From Actinomycetota bacterium (lineage in GTDB: Bacteria > Actinomycetota > Acidimicrobiia > IMCC26256 > PALSA-555), in NCBI GenBank assembly GCA_003140175.1, contig PLJD01000096.1:16324-80323 (forward strand): a stretch of DNA of 64,000 bases, given 5' to 3'. Under the pieces are notes generated by a model, which worked only from the letters and a program-made list of their open reading frames with translations, made no database searches and was not told the origin of the DNA. Both the position numbers and the translations under genes were made by a program. Below, piece after piece: positions 38,209 through 48,701 of this stretch. Within the stretch, counting starts at the first letter, position 1. Each line of letters opens with the position of its first letter.

Positions 38209-38975
38209 GCGGCTAAGGCGGGTTCAGCTCGGGCGTAACGGACGAAGAGGAAGCTCTCAGCTGTCACCACGGAGACAAGCGCGAGGCGTGCGGGAGTCGC
38301 AAGGTCGGCGCCAGCGAAGATCCGATGGCTCGAGCCGACGAGCAACAGGGGCGAGTCGGTCAGGCACAACTCGTCGACCGCGCCGAGGGCAGCGAACTGA
38401 CCGTTGATGGTTGGGCCGCCTTCGACGAGGACATTCCGGTATCCGCGCCTGACGAGCTCATCGAGCGCCACGCCAAAATCCACCCCGCCGTCCGTGCCGG
38501 CCACGACGACGCCGGCGACGTCGGCGGGAGGGTGGGGCGCGGCCCCGACGGTCACGATGAGCGGAGCCACCTCGGCCTCGGCGAAGAACGGTGCCTGCCA
38601 GTCGAGCTCGGCGCGACGCGTCACGACCGCGATGGCGGGGACCGGCGTCTGACCGCGTTCGAGCCGGGCCTGGCGGTGGTGTTCGTCGAGGCGAGCCGGC
38701 CCGTACTGCTCGTCGCGCATGGTCGACGCCCCGACGACGATCACGTCGGCGAAGGATCGGATGGTCGCGAAGATCACATGGTCGGCCGCTCCGCCGAGCG
38801 ACCCCGACGTACCTCCCACTGCGGTGCCGCCGTCGGCGCTGGCGACCATGTTCACCCGTACGTGGCGATCGCGGCGCGGATCGACCGTCGGCTCGTAGAG
38901 CACGGTCAGGTCCGCGGCCCCGCGGCCGGGGTAGAGCTCGCGGAACTCGGTCCCGTCATCGGGTTGTTCGCTCAT
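38205..38975 (-). CDS. RibD C-terminal domain / pyrimidine reductase family protein
   Basis: NMVASADG, D, VGAST, VEGGPT, VDELCLT. Confidence 0.88.
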   Translation of the reverse strand: MSEQPDDGTEFRELYPGRGAADLTVLYEPTVDPRRDRHVRVNMVASADGGTAVGGTSGSLGGAADHVIFATIRSFADVIVVGASTMRDEQYGPARLDEHHRQARLERGQTPVPAIAVVTRRAELDWQAPFFAEAEVAPLIVTVGAAPHPPADVAGVVVAGTDGGVDFGVALDELVRRGYRNVLVEGGPTINGQFAALGAVDELCLTDSPLLLVGSSHRIFAGADLATPARLALVSVVTAESFLFVRYARAEPALAA

Positions 38976-38997
38976 CGGTCAGTCCCGAGCTCGACGG

Positions 38998-39813
38998 CTA
39001 CGAATCCACGGCAGGCGCCGGGCCGGTGAAATGCGGCGCGCGCTTCTCGCGCACCGCGGCGATTCCCTCCCGGGCGTCCTGGCCGGCGAAGCCGAGAAAC
39101 TCGTAGGCGAGCGATGCGTCGAACGCGGGTGCAAAGAGCCGGTACCAGTGGTTCAGCGCCATCTTCGTCAGCCGGATCGCGCTCTGTGAACCAGCAGCCA
39201 GGTCTCGCGCGACTCCGAGCGCCGTGTCGTGCACCGCGTCGTCGTCGACGCAGAGCGATACCAGACCTGCCCGCTCGGCTTCTTCTCCGGTGAGCGACGT
39301 CGACGTCAGGAGGAGATATTTGGCTTTGGCCATCCCGCAGAGCAACGGCCAGGCGATCACGGCGTGATCACCCGCGGCGACGCCGAGCCGGGTGTGACCA
39401 TCGAGGATGCGGGCAGAACGGCCGGCGATGGAGATGTCGGCGAGGAGCGCGACGGCGAGGCCTGCGCCGACGGCCGGTCCGACGATCGCCGACACGATTG
39501 GTTTCGAGCACTCGAGCATGTTCGAGACGAGATCTCGCGCTTCGCGCAGCACCCGTAGCCGCGCGGCCTCGTCTCCAGCGACCTCCTCGAGCAGGTCGAA
39601 GCTGCCACCGGCTGAGAACGCCCGTCCCGCTCCGCGCACCACCACGACGCGCGTCTCGGGGTCGGCGTCGATTGCCGGCCAGACGGCGCCGAGCTGGGCG
39701 TGCATCGCCCGACCGACCGCATTGAGACCAGGTGCCTCGAGCGTGATGCGCAGGACGCCGAGGTCGGGCCGGTCGAACTGCAAGGTCTCGAACCGCGCAA
39801 GGTCGGCTGGCAC
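38998..39813 (-). CDS. Enoyl-CoA hydratase/isomerase family protein
   Basis: [27 protein letters not shown]. Confidence 0.92.
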   Translation of the reverse strand: MPADLARFETLQFDRPDLGVLRITLEAPGLNAVGRAMHAQLGAVWPAIDADPETRVVVVRGAGRAFSAGGSFDLLEEVAGDEAARLRVLREARDLVSNMLECSKPIVSAIVGPAVGAGLAVALLADISIAGRSARILDGHTRLGVAAGDHAVIAWPLLCGMAKAKYLLLTSTSLTGEEAERAGLVSLCVDDDAVHDTALGVARDLAAGSQSAIRLTKMALNHWYRLFAPAFDASLAYEFLGFAGQDAREGIAAVREKRAPHFTGPAPAVDS

Positions 39814-39874
39814 GCGTCAGCCTCGCGGTTCGGACGCCGCTGGCCGCCTCGCAAGGAACGGCGGCTGGTCCATG

Positions 39875-41266
39875 TCAGGCCCGAGTCGGGTCGGTGAACT
39901 GCGGGAGCCAGGGCCGCGTGGCAGCAAGGAGTTCGTCGGTCATCGCCACGACGTGTTCGTACGGGAGCCGTCCGGCCATGGGATCGGCCAGCATCGCCTC
40001 GAGCACGGTGGTGCGATTGCCGGTGAGCGCCGCCTCGACGGCCAGCTCCTCAGCGACGACGACTCGACGGAGCTGCTCGCCGAGGATCGAGTCGACGCGG
40101 GCGTGGTCTCTCGGGGTCACGCGTCCACCGGTCGCCAGCCCCATGCACTCCACGACCACTCCGTCCGGGAGGTTCTCGACTTGTCCGGTGTTCGGCAGGT
40201 TCACCGGCAGCGGGGTCGGCCGTTCCCGCAGGATGGAATCCAGCAGCGGCGCCACGAGCTCCCCGGAGGGGTAGCCGGTGATCTCGTCGCTGGCCAGGAG
40301 CTCGGCGACGCCCTGGTCGTCGTCCCGCTTGTCGGCCACGTGACCGGCCAGGCCGTAGTGGTGCGCCGACCACTCGCGTCCGAAGTCGGAGGCGGCGGTC
40401 ACGAAGCCGGGGAAGAACTCCGCTACGTGGGTGTCCGATGAGCCGGGCAGCACGCCGAAGCGCTGGAACAACTCGAACTTGAGCCGGTTTCCGGCGATCA
40501 CGTCCGCCTTGGTCCAGTCTGGGCCGTCCGACACCTTGCGGTAGTGCATGCCCGGGGGTGGCGTCATCCACACCGGTTCGGCTTGGGCGGCGGCGTCGTC
40601 AAGGAGCGCGCGGAGGCGGGCGAAGCCGTCGTCGCCTCCGACCTGCATCTCGGTTACGAGCGGGAGGTGGTTGACGCCGGCGACCGTCGGGTCGACGCGG
40701 CGGAGGTCGGCGTCGAGCAGCAGGCTCGTCACGAACTGCAGCCCGACCACCTCGTTGCAGAGTCCCACGGCCTGGACGGCCGTCTCACGCGTGACGGCAC
40801 GACACAGGGCCGAGAGCGGGTTCGTGACGTTGAGGAGCAGCGCAGTGGGGCATCGCCGTTCGACCGCTCGGGCGATCTCGAGGAGGACAGGGATGCTGCG
40901 AAGCGCTCGCGTCACCCCGCCCGGCCCGACACTGTCCCCGACCGGTTGGCGGATCCCGTAGCGGGCCGGGATCTCCAGATCGTGGCGCATGCTGGAGAAC
41001 CCCCCGACCGAGAACGCGGTGACCACGTACTCCGCTCCGTCGAGACCCTCGTCGAGGTCGGTGGTCGCAGTGACCGACAGTCCGATCCCGTCCCGACACT
41101 TCGCGATGTGCGAGCCGACGTCGAGCATCAGCGGCAGTGAGTCGCCGTCGATGTCGACGAGGACGACGTCGGTGTCCTGCAACGACGCCGTGTTTGCGAA
41201 GTCGCACAACAGGCGCGGCGTCCAGTGCGTGCTGCCGCCGCCCACCAGGGTGATGCGGGGTGTCAT
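39875..41266 (-). CDS. GH4 family glycoside hydrolase (alpha-galactosidase/glucosidase)
   Basis: VGGGS, GDSVGPGG, NVTNP, GLCN, GVNH, H..EF. Confidence 0.9.
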   Translation of the reverse strand: MTPRITLVGGGSTHWTPRLLCDFANTASLQDTDVVLVDIDGDSLPLMLDVGSHIAKCRDGIGLSVTATTDLDEGLDGAEYVVTAFSVGGFSSMRHDLEIPARYGIRQPVGDSVGPGGVTRALRSIPVLLEIARAVERRCPTALLLNVTNPLSALCRAVTRETAVQAVGLCNEVVGLQFVTSLLLDADLRRVDPTVAGVNHLPLVTEMQVGGDDGFARLRALLDDAAAQAEPVWMTPPPGMHYRKVSDGPDWTKADVIAGNRLKFELFQRFGVLPGSSDTHVAEFFPGFVTAASDFGREWSAHHYGLAGHVADKRDDDQGVAELLASDEITGYPSGELVAPLLDSILRERPTPLPVNLPNTGQVENLPDGVVVECMGLATGGRVTPRDHARVDSILGEQLRRVVVAEELAVEAALTGNRTTVLEAMLADPMAGRLPYEHVVAMTDELLAATRPWLPQFTDPTRA

Positions 41267-41420
41267 GGCTTCCTCCCCGAGCGACGTTACCGGGCGGCGG
41301 GCTTGGCCGGGGCCGCTCCGCGGCGGGTTCGGGTCGCCGTGCACCGAGGTGCGGGTTCAACGAGCCGGTGTTGGCGAGCCTATCGAGGGGTGCCGGGTGG
41401 GAGTCGGGTTGGAGTCGGGG

Positions 41421-41723
41421 TCAGCCCGTCTTCTCGGGTGCGACGAGGTCGGCGTACTCGGGGTGGTGCTGGATGTAGTCCGCGACGAAGGGGCAACGCG
41501 GCGTGACCGCGAGCCCCTGCGCCCGTACATCGTCGAGCGCGTCCGTGACGAGGCGGCTCGCGATTCCTCGGTGCCCAAAGGCCGGGTCGATCTCGGTGTG
41601 GGTGAAGATGATCCGCCCGGACGCGGGTTCGAAGTTGGCGAACCCGGCGAGCTGCCCACCGAGCCACGCCTCATAGCGGCCTGTGCGGTCATCGCGCACG
41701 ATGCGGATCTCGTCGTCGGTCAA
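41421..41723 (-). CDS. GNAT family acetyltransferase (YjdJ-like)
   Basis: FTHTEI, G.G.ASRL, PRCPFV; TTG start after a GAGGAG RBS. Confidence 0.88.
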   Translation of the reverse strand: MTDDEIRIVRDDRTGRYEAWLGGQLAGFANFEPASGRIIFTHTEIDPAFGHRGIASRLVTDALDDVRAQGLAVTPRCPFVADYIQHHPEYADLVAPEKTG

Positions 41724-41737
41724 CGAACTGGCCCTCC

Positions 41738-42244
41738 TCAACGGCTCCTGATCAACCCGCGAACGTAGGCGCTCTGCCCGACGTGCTGAAGGTCGTCGGA
41801 GAGAACGCTCACGAGCCGCACGCCGAGAGAGACCGGCGGATCCCATGACTCGTCGACGATCCGATCGAGGTCACCGTCGCGAAGTGACCTCACAAATCCA
41901 ATCGTTCGCTCGTAGACCGCATCGTGGTATCCGACCAGGAGGGCGCCTGAGGGGCGCACACGTGCCACCTCGTCCGGACCGTGGCCATATCCAGTCGCAG
42001 CTCGGTCGAAGGGAAGGCCAAATCGATCAGCCCATCCCAAGCTCGCCCACACCTCTTCCGTCTCGGCAAGGTCGGCCACGTGACTGTCCTGGATTCTCGT
42101 CAGGTGCCAGACCAACCAGGCGATCGTGTTCGTCCGGTCGTTGGGCCGAGTAGCCAGCTCCTCCTCCGACAACCCCTCGACAACCCGACGGGCGAGGTCA
42201 CGAACGCGGCCGAAGACGTCAACCAGCAGTGCGACGGAAGTCAT
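41738..42244 (-). CDS. DinB/DUF664 family (mycothiol transferase-like) protein
   Basis: NTIAWLVWHLTR, WDPPVSLGVRLVS...QHVGQ. Confidence 0.88.
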   Translation of the reverse strand: MTSVALLVDVFGRVRDLARRVVEGLSEEELATRPNDRTNTIAWLVWHLTRIQDSHVADLAETEEVWASLGWADRFGLPFDRAATGYGHGPDEVARVRPSGALLVGYHDAVYERTIGFVRSLRDGDLDRIVDESWDPPVSLGVRLVSVLSDDLQHVGQSAYVRGLIRSR

Positions 42245-42344
42245 CGGTGCTGCCTTCTTGGCCATCGAGATCGGCGAATCGCTCGTGTGTGCGATCTGTG
42301 GCTGGGATCAGGCCCACGGTCTGGAGACAGCCTCTCATGCGGTC

Positions 42345-43049
42345 TCAGACGCGCAGGGCTGGTTTCGAGGTGGGCGACGCGCGATCGCCACCAGGCTCCG
42401 AGTCGACGGGACGAGCCGGCCGCTCGGGGCGACGGAGGTGCAAGTCGATGGCGATGCTGGTGACCGCCGCCCAGCCGCACCAGAGCGAGATGAACGCGGC
42501 CGTCATGAGCCACGCGAGCAGGCCGACCGCGACCAGGTTGACCAGCCCGAAGATCACGAAACGCCGAGAACTCGACGACAGCAGCACGCCACACGTCGCA
42601 ATCACGTAGAGCACGGTGAGTTGCGTGCCGAACGACAGCGGCACCGAATAGCTGATGTGATGACCTTGGATTTGCGCGTGGAGCGGCTGGCTGACGACCG
42701 CGACCAGCATGACGAGGCCGACTCCGACCCCGAGGAGTGAGAGCAGCGTCATGAAACGACGGCGCGAACCTCGAGGTTCGGCGAGCGTCACTGCCACCGG
42801 CGCCAGGATCGGGACGACCACGAGCGCGACGAAGAGGTACAGCCAGGTGGCATGACGGCCAAGCGAGCGTGACACATCTCCCTGGAGGCCCCACCACACG
42901 AAGGTCTCCGTGAAGGAGTGCGCAGCGAACAGCAGCGGCAGCGACGCGAGCGCCAAGTCTCGAGGACGCGACGCATGGCGCACCGCGTCGACCCCGATCA
43001 CCCCGACTACGACCGCACCCGCCAAATCGGCTTCGGGCGAGAAACACAC
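42345..43049 (-). CDS. DUF6629-type membrane protein
   Basis: MCFSPEAD start, LPLLF, SLWC motifs. Confidence 0.75.
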   Translation of the reverse strand: MCFSPEADLAGAVVVGVIGVDAVRHASRPRDLALASLPLLFAAHSFTETFVWWGLQGDVSRSLGRHATWLYLFVALVVVPILAPVAVTLAEPRGSRRRFMTLLSLLGVGVGLVMLVAVVSQPLHAQIQGHHISYSVPLSFGTQLTVLYVIATCGVLLSSSSRRFVIFGLVNLVAVGLLAWLMTAAFISLWCGWAAVTSIAIDLHLRRPERPARPVDSEPGGDRASPTSKPALRV

Positions 43050-43359
43050 CGAACGACCTCCTCGTTCAGCTCCCACAACCGGCACCGCACCCGTTCAAGG
43101 TGAGGATCCTGTCCTCGCGCAGAGACTACCCAAGTGGTTGAGACGACAAATAGATGAAACCGGATGCCCGAATCGGGTCGACGGGTTCGTCGTGGGTGGT
43201 CGGCGCACGCCTGGGCGGGTTCCCGGGCCGACCGTGGTCGCGAACACGGCGAGGGGTCGCCGCGAGGGCGTTCCGCCGAACCGGCGATCCGACTTCGACG
43301 AGCCCGCTCCGGCCATATCTGCCCGAGTTGAACCCGATCGAGAACGGTAGCGTCGCAAG

Positions 43360-44485
43360 GTGACAGCTCGTGGTCTCTGCGATGCTGGTTCCGACGCGGA
43401 GCCGTTCGCGATCGTGCGCGACCGAAACTGCTATCAGATTGCTACCGAGCCGGTCGAGATTCTCTGCGGCTCCGGAAGGGATGTCGTCACTCGACTCGAT
43501 GAAGGTCCGCCGGGATGGTGGGCGGGGTACTTCGCCTACGAGTGGGGCCACTGCCTCGAGCGGGTTCGCGACTCGCGAATCAACCCGGACCCGTGCCCGG
43601 ATGTGACGTTGGTGCGTTTCAATCGAGTGCGCCCGCTCACCTTGGCAACCAAACGACCCGAGCGTCGATCCTCGGATCCTCTTCCCTGGGCGTCGAGCAT
43701 TGACCGGGACGGCTTCTGCGAGAAGGTTCACGCCATTCATCGCCTGATCCGCGACGGGGTCTGCTATCAGGTCAACCTCACGCGTCGCCTGTCAATGTCG
43801 CAGCGGATCGACCCGGGAGCGCTGTTCGAAGCGCTCGAAAGCATCAACCCGTCGCCGCGCTCGTTCCTGCTGTCATTCGGAGATACGGCCGTCGTGTCAG
43901 CCTCACCCGAACGATTCCTTTGCCGAGACGGCCCGCGTATCGCGACCTGCCCAATCAAGGGGACCGGCACAGTAGCGGAGGTGTTGCTGGCCAGCGCAAA
44001 AGATCGAACTGAGAACGTGATGATCGTCGATCTGGCCCGGAACGATCTCGGGCCGGATCTGTGAGCCGGGCTCCATCAGTGTCCCGGCCCTGTGTCGTCC
44101 CGAGCGTTACCCGGGAGTTGTGCACCTGGTCAGTACCGTGACGGGAAGTCTCCGGCCCGATGTCGGGACCGCCGGCATGCTGCAGGCACTGTTCCCACCA
44201 GCGTCGATCACCGGAGCACCCAAGCCGAGCGTCATGCAGGCGATCGTGGACTTGGAGCCGGTTCCCCGAGGCGTCTACTGCGGCGCGATCGGATGGATCG
44301 ACACGCAACGTCAACGAGCCGCACTCTCCGTTGCGATCCGGACTTTCATGGTCGGCTCCCACACCACGACGCTGGGCGTCGGCGCCGGCATCACGATCGA
44401 CTCACAGCCCGCCGCTGAATGGCGAGAGACCGAGCTCAAGGCCCAGAACCTGCTCAAGGCCGCCGCATACGCCCACGCGACCTGA
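43360..44485 (+). pseudogene. pabB: Aminodeoxychorismate synthase component I, frameshifted
   Basis: YQVNL, SPERF, PIKGT and ENVMIVDLARNDLG in one frame, then ICEPGS...HLVS, PPASITGAPK, YCGAIG and AIRT in the next; extra G in ctcGGGccgg at about 44050. Confidence 0.85.
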
Positions 44486-44799
44486 GCCGCGTTTCCTTCG
44501 ACTCAGGCACCCGCCGATCACCGCTTCGCCCTGGCGGGTGAGGGGGACGGGCGGGACGGAGAAGCTGGGCTTTCAACTCGTCGTCGCGCCGACCAAGCAG
44601 CCCGGCGGCGGGCGTCATCCTCGCCCGCACGCCACCGGCCGGTGCTACCCACCGGTGGGTTCGGTGACACGCGGGTGTCGTCGCACCCGACGACATCGAT
44701 CGCCGACCACCGGGTGCGCCGCTGGCGACCCCCGACATCGGTGCTCCGTGGGGCCTCGCCGCCGAGCCGAGGGCCGCGCCGACCAGGCAATCTGTCTCC

Positions 44800-45261
44800 G
44801 TGGCCGACGTCCTGATCCGCTTCGCCGTGCCGGCCGACCTGGGTGTCCTGAGCGACGTGTTTCGCAGGTCGTCGCTGTCTAATGAGGGTGATCGCGTGAG
44901 TCTCCTGGCCCATCCGGACGCGCTCGCCTTCTCCGATCGCGCAGTCCACGAGCAACGGGCTCGAGTCGCCATCGCCGATGGTCGCATCGTGGGCTTCGCC
45001 ACCACACTGATCGCCGGGCAAGTCAGCGTGCTGGAAGACCTATTCGTCGATCCCGATTGGGCGCGGCGCGGGATTGGTCGGGAGCTGGTGGTCGACGCGG
45101 TTGGCACCGCGCGGCGGCAGGGGGCGCCGCGTATGGAAGTGACAGCGAATGGGCACGCGCTTGGCTTCTACGAGAAGGCCGGCTTCGTTCTCGAAGGGGT
45201 GGTGGAAACCCGTTTCGGCCCGGGATCTCGGATGCACCTTGATATCGCGGCGCGAGCGTAG
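44800..45261 (+). CDS. GNAT family acetyltransferase
   Basis: LFVDPDWARRGIG, AN.HALGFYEKAGF. Confidence 0.88.
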   Translation: MADVLIRFAVPADLGVLSDVFRRSSLSNEGDRVSLLAHPDALAFSDRAVHEQRARVAIADGRIVGFATTLIAGQVSVLEDLFVDPDWARRGIGRELVVDAVGTARRQGAPRMEVTANGHALGFYEKAGFVLEGVVETRFGPGSRMHLDIAARA

Positions 45262-45293
45262 GGAGCTCGAGCACGCAACGCCGCGGCACGGAG

Positions 45294-45372
45294 CTATGGA
45301 ATATGCACGCCAGATATGGCCCGAGCGACCACGAGCCTCTGGATCTCGGAGGTGCCTTCGAAGATGGTGTAG
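45294..45372 (-). other. Orphan 3' end of an acyl-CoA dehydrogenase gene (probable att site)
   Basis: Minus strand reads YTIFEGTSEIQRLVVARAISGVHIP*, the conserved ACAD C-terminus, with no upstream gene body; lies 155 nt from xis-int. Confidence 0.8.
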
Positions 45373-45527
45373 CTCTCATGCCTAACCCCCTGACCTGGGC
45401 TTCTGTGCCCTGGTGGCGCACAAATGACCGCGTGTGCCCGCGAATGGCCCGCGTACGCGCCCCGTGCCGATGCCGCGGGGTCGCGCACCTGCGTGCGCCG
45501 CCGCCGCTCTCCCGGACGGTTGGAGAC

Positions 45528-45857
45528 ATGGATGGCGACGCACACCAGCCGCCTGCGGCTGCCCCGCCCCGGGATCGGGCCTGGACCCAGGCTGATGTGG
45601 CCGCGTTCTTGGTCTGTGCCGAGTCGACCGTCGAGGACATTCGTCGTGAGGACACGTCGTTCCCGACACCGAAAAGGCCACGCCCTGGTCTGGCCCGATG
45701 GGTGCCAGCCGATGTGGTCGCCTGGTTCGAAGGGCTCGGCGCGGACCGTCCCACGCCAAGACCGACGCGCACAGCAGCCGTGGCGTCTGGCGTCCTGCCA
45801 ACGGCCGTTCCAAGGGCTGTCCCCCGAGCATCTCGAGGCGAGCGTCGTCATGGCTAG
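45528..45857 (+). CDS. AlpA-like excisionase / recombination directionality factor
   Basis: WTQADVAAFL..ST......FPTP......RW...DV.AW; GGAG RBS; overlaps the integrase start. Confidence 0.78.
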   Translation: MDGDAHQPPAAAPPRDRAWTQADVAAFLVCAESTVEDIRREDTSFPTPKRPRPGLARWVPADVVAWFEGLGADRPTPRPTRTAAVASGVLPTAVPRAVPRASRGERRHG

Positions 45858-47259
45858 GCCCCGTCGACCTGACGCTGACCCAGTGCGAGTCACCAAAGAC
45901 GCTCGGGTGGGCTGGTATCCGTCTGGCTATGCCGGTGTCGGGCCGCGTAGATGGAAACGGTGTTCGAGTCCCGATGACGCCGAGCTGGAGGCTCGCAAGT
46001 TGCGAGCCGATCTGCGCGCTTTGCGTGCCGGTTTTGGTGACACCAGCCTTCCGGGTCCTCACCGCACCGTCGAAGACGCGTATCTAGCTTGGCTCGAGTA
46101 TGTGCATCAGCATCATCCTGAAGGCACCTGGCGTGCGTATTCGTCTCGAGCCAACGTGTGGTTCTCACTCATTGGTGGCAACCGTTGCGCCGAGATGTGC
46201 CTGGACCTGGTGCTGACACCTCTGAAAGCAGCCCGCGATCAAGGCGTATCAAAAAGCACGTTTGATGGCATCTACACCGCGTTGATGAGTTTCGTGTCGT
46301 GGGGAATTGTCGAGCGGTGGTTGCCCGTCGACACCAAGGGCAACAAAGAAGCGTGGGATGACGCTGTTCGGCGTGTCCGGACCCCGTTGATCCGCCAGAC
46401 CGCGAACACCCGGACCCAGGATCGAGTTGCGGCTCTCACAAGTGGTCGAGGTCCCCGCTGGGACGACGACAACGATTCGGAGCGCGGCATCGTCATCGAC
46501 TCGGTACCCACGCACGCTGAGATCGAGGCGCTCGGTCGCGCTGTCGAAGCCGTTGAGACCAAGCCGGCACCCTGGCATAAAGAGACGGGGCGTGGTGCCA
46601 AAGGTGGCCGTCACCGGCCTGAGGCTTCGGAAGTCTGGCGTATTTGCAAAGCCCCCGGCACCCAGGCGGCCACTGGTGTGCGCCCCATGGAGCTGTTGGT
46701 CATTCACGCCGACAACATCGACCCTCTCGGTGAGCTACATGTTCAGTTCCAGTTGGATCGTTACAAGCGGTGGCAACCAAGTGCCCCGCCGCCGGTCGTG
46801 CCGTTGAAGCACAACAAGTCGCCACGTACCGCGCTCGTGCACGCGTATTGGATGCCGACGTTGTTGGAGCTCGCCGCGTTCGCCCGTGAGCATTGTGACG
46901 GCTGGCTGTTCGCTCCCACCGGTGGCCAGACCTGGTGGGCCGAGTCGTACGCCAGCTTGCTCGATCGGGCCAAGCGCCTGCTCGAGAGCGAGTATCAGCA
47001 AGCACTCGCCGCGGCTTCGGAGAACGACCCGGGGCTCGTGCTGCCGCCGCGTTTCGATTACCGGCCGTACTACGCGCGTCACCATTACGGCAGCTATTCG
47101 ATCTCACCCGTGGCAGCTGGTGGTTACGGCCTGGATCCAAAACTCGTATCCGAGTCCATGGGTCACACGTCGTTGAAAGTCACTCTCGACACCTACTACC
47201 ACGCCCCATCGAACGCCCGCGCCCACTGGGCGCAGGCGAGTGCCCTGCCGCCCCGGTGA
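45850..47259 (+). CDS. Tyrosine recombinase/integrase (divergent)
   Basis: TGVRPMEL (R), LKH (K), YYARHHYGS, MGHTS, TLDTYYH (Tyr). Confidence 0.88.
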   Translation: MARPRRPDADPVRVTKDARVGWYPSGYAGVGPRRWKRCSSPDDAELEARKLRADLRALRAGFGDTSLPGPHRTVEDAYLAWLEYVHQHHPEGTWRAYSSRANVWFSLIGGNRCAEMCLDLVLTPLKAARDQGVSKSTFDGIYTALMSFVSWGIVERWLPVDTKGNKEAWDDAVRRVRTPLIRQTANTRTQDRVAALTSGRGPRWDDDNDSERGIVIDSVPTHAEIEALGRAVEAVETKPAPWHKETGRGAKGGRHRPEASEVWRICKAPGTQAATGVRPMELLVIHADNIDPLGELHVQFQLDRYKRWQPSAPPPVVPLKHNKSPRTALVHAYWMPTLLELAAFAREHCDGWLFAPTGGQTWWAESYASLLDRAKRLLESEYQQALAAASENDPGLVLPPRFDYRPYYARHHYGSYSISPVAAGGYGLDPKLVSESMGHTSLKVTLDTYYHAPSNARAHWAQASALPPR

Positions 47260-47316
47260 GATGTCTTCACGTATGCGCAGCGCGGCGAGCAGGCAAGTGC
47301 GTCTACGGGGACTCGA

Positions 47317-47345
47317 TTGACCCAGAAATCCCAATAGTGTAATTT
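47317..47345 (+). promoter_or_regulatory. Sigma70-type promoter TTGACC-N17-TAATTT
   Basis: Exact 17-nt spacing, upstream of ORF 47478. Confidence 0.6.
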
Positions 47346-47477
47346 GGGTGGTCGCTGTAGTCGCCAAACACCCGAAAGCGGTCGGCGCAAAGACAGCAAC
47401 GCACCAGCGTCTGGCTGGGTCGTGTCCACCGCCTGTCTTTGCGTGCAGGACAAGCGGACAAGAGAGTCGAGGTATAC

Positions 47478-48110
47478 GTGAAGCCGATCGCGCTCAGCAT
47501 GACGACCTTCGGTGATTTCGTAGTTGCTGATTCACCCGGCCAGCTAGCGAAACTTCGGGAAATTCGGCGGCAGTATGAACAGCCATATTTTCCTGGCGGG
47601 GACTTCTGGTCGCGATGGCGTGAGGATGTTGAGCGACTCCACATCGACGGCGGCTCCCGTCGAGACCTTGCTCCGATCGCCGAGCGCGCAAAGGACAATC
47701 GTGGGCCCCAATACTCGAAGGCAAGCCGTGGATATGCAACATTCTGGGGAAACAAGGCGATTGAGCTAGCTGGTCACCCGAAGCCAGCGACATGGAAGCA
47801 TGATCGGCTCTCGGTGCGCGTGAACCCGGAGTGGATCTTGCGGATCGGCGGAAAGGTCCGGGTCGTCAAGTTGCACTTGAAGGAGCGGCTTGTCTTGTCG
47901 CAGCGTCTTGCAAATCCGCTGCTCTTTCTCTTGGACGAGCACTTCGGGCCAGCAGTCGGTGGTCCCCCAGTCGGAATCCTGGACGTCCAGCGCGGACGGC
48001 TGTGGACGCGACGTACTCAGCGCCGGGACGTGGAAGCGGTCTTGCGAATGCAAGCGGCGGCGCTGATTGCCGGATGGGACGAACTTGATCAGCAGCGTGG
48101 TGTTGCCTGA
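47478..48110 (+). CDS. Hypothetical protein (possible PD-(D/E)XK-like fold)
   Basis: Protein-like composition, GAGG RBS; VRVNPE...VVKLHLKE...ILDV.RG. Confidence 0.75.
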   Translation: MKPIALSMTTFGDFVVADSPGQLAKLREIRRQYEQPYFPGGDFWSRWREDVERLHIDGGSRRDLAPIAERAKDNRGPQYSKASRGYATFWGNKAIELAGHPKPATWKHDRLSVRVNPEWILRIGGKVRVVKLHLKERLVLSQRLANPLLFLLDEHFGPAVGGPPVGILDVQRGRLWTRRTQRRDVEAVLRMQAAALIAGWDELDQQRGVA

Positions 48111-48287
48111 GGCGGGTTGGCGGTGTCTGGCAAGCTGCGCTGATCAGTCCCTCGGGGCCAGCACGCGGGTAGTGGGCGTCACGGCTCCGATGAGCGGCTT
48201 GTCGCCCAGCGCGACGCCCGTCTCCAGAGCGCTGGAAGGTCACGACACGCCCGCCTACTGTCGAGGGACACGACTGAGTGAGTTCCA

Positions 48288-48701
48288 ATGCCATTTCACG
48301 CTGTTCCCGTCGAAACGCTGCCCTATCCCCACGCTCCGACGTGCATCAATCGGTTCCTACACGAGCGGTTCAACGACCCGACCAGCGGCCGAGCGTTCGT
48401 GCACGCGCTCACGGCTGCGGACCTCGAACAGTGCGAGTACCACCAAGCCGACTGGCATCTGATCGCCCGCGCAAGCGTTGAGCTACTAAAGGTCGTCGGA
48501 CCCGACGTGAGCCTGGCCGAAGCAGGCCAGGCCGCGCAGAAGGTCGGACTTCCGGAGCGAGAGTTGGCATTTCTCGTGTCCCTTTTCGAAGACCCAATTA
48601 CCTGGAGGCGAGACGCTCCCGAAGTGATCGGGCAGCACCGCGTTTGCGCTCTCCATGCGGCCAGCGTGCCCGAATGCGTTGTGTATCTCGACGGTTCATG
48701 A
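48288..48701 (+). CDS. Hypothetical protein with a ParB/Srx-like GQHR motif
   Basis: DPI.......IGQHRVCAL. Confidence 0.55.
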   Translation: MPFHAVPVETLPYPHAPTCINRFLHERFNDPTSGRAFVHALTAADLEQCEYHQADWHLIARASVELLKVVGPDVSLAEAGQAAQKVGLPERELAFLVSLFEDPITWRRDAPEVIGQHRVCALHAASVPECVVYLDGS

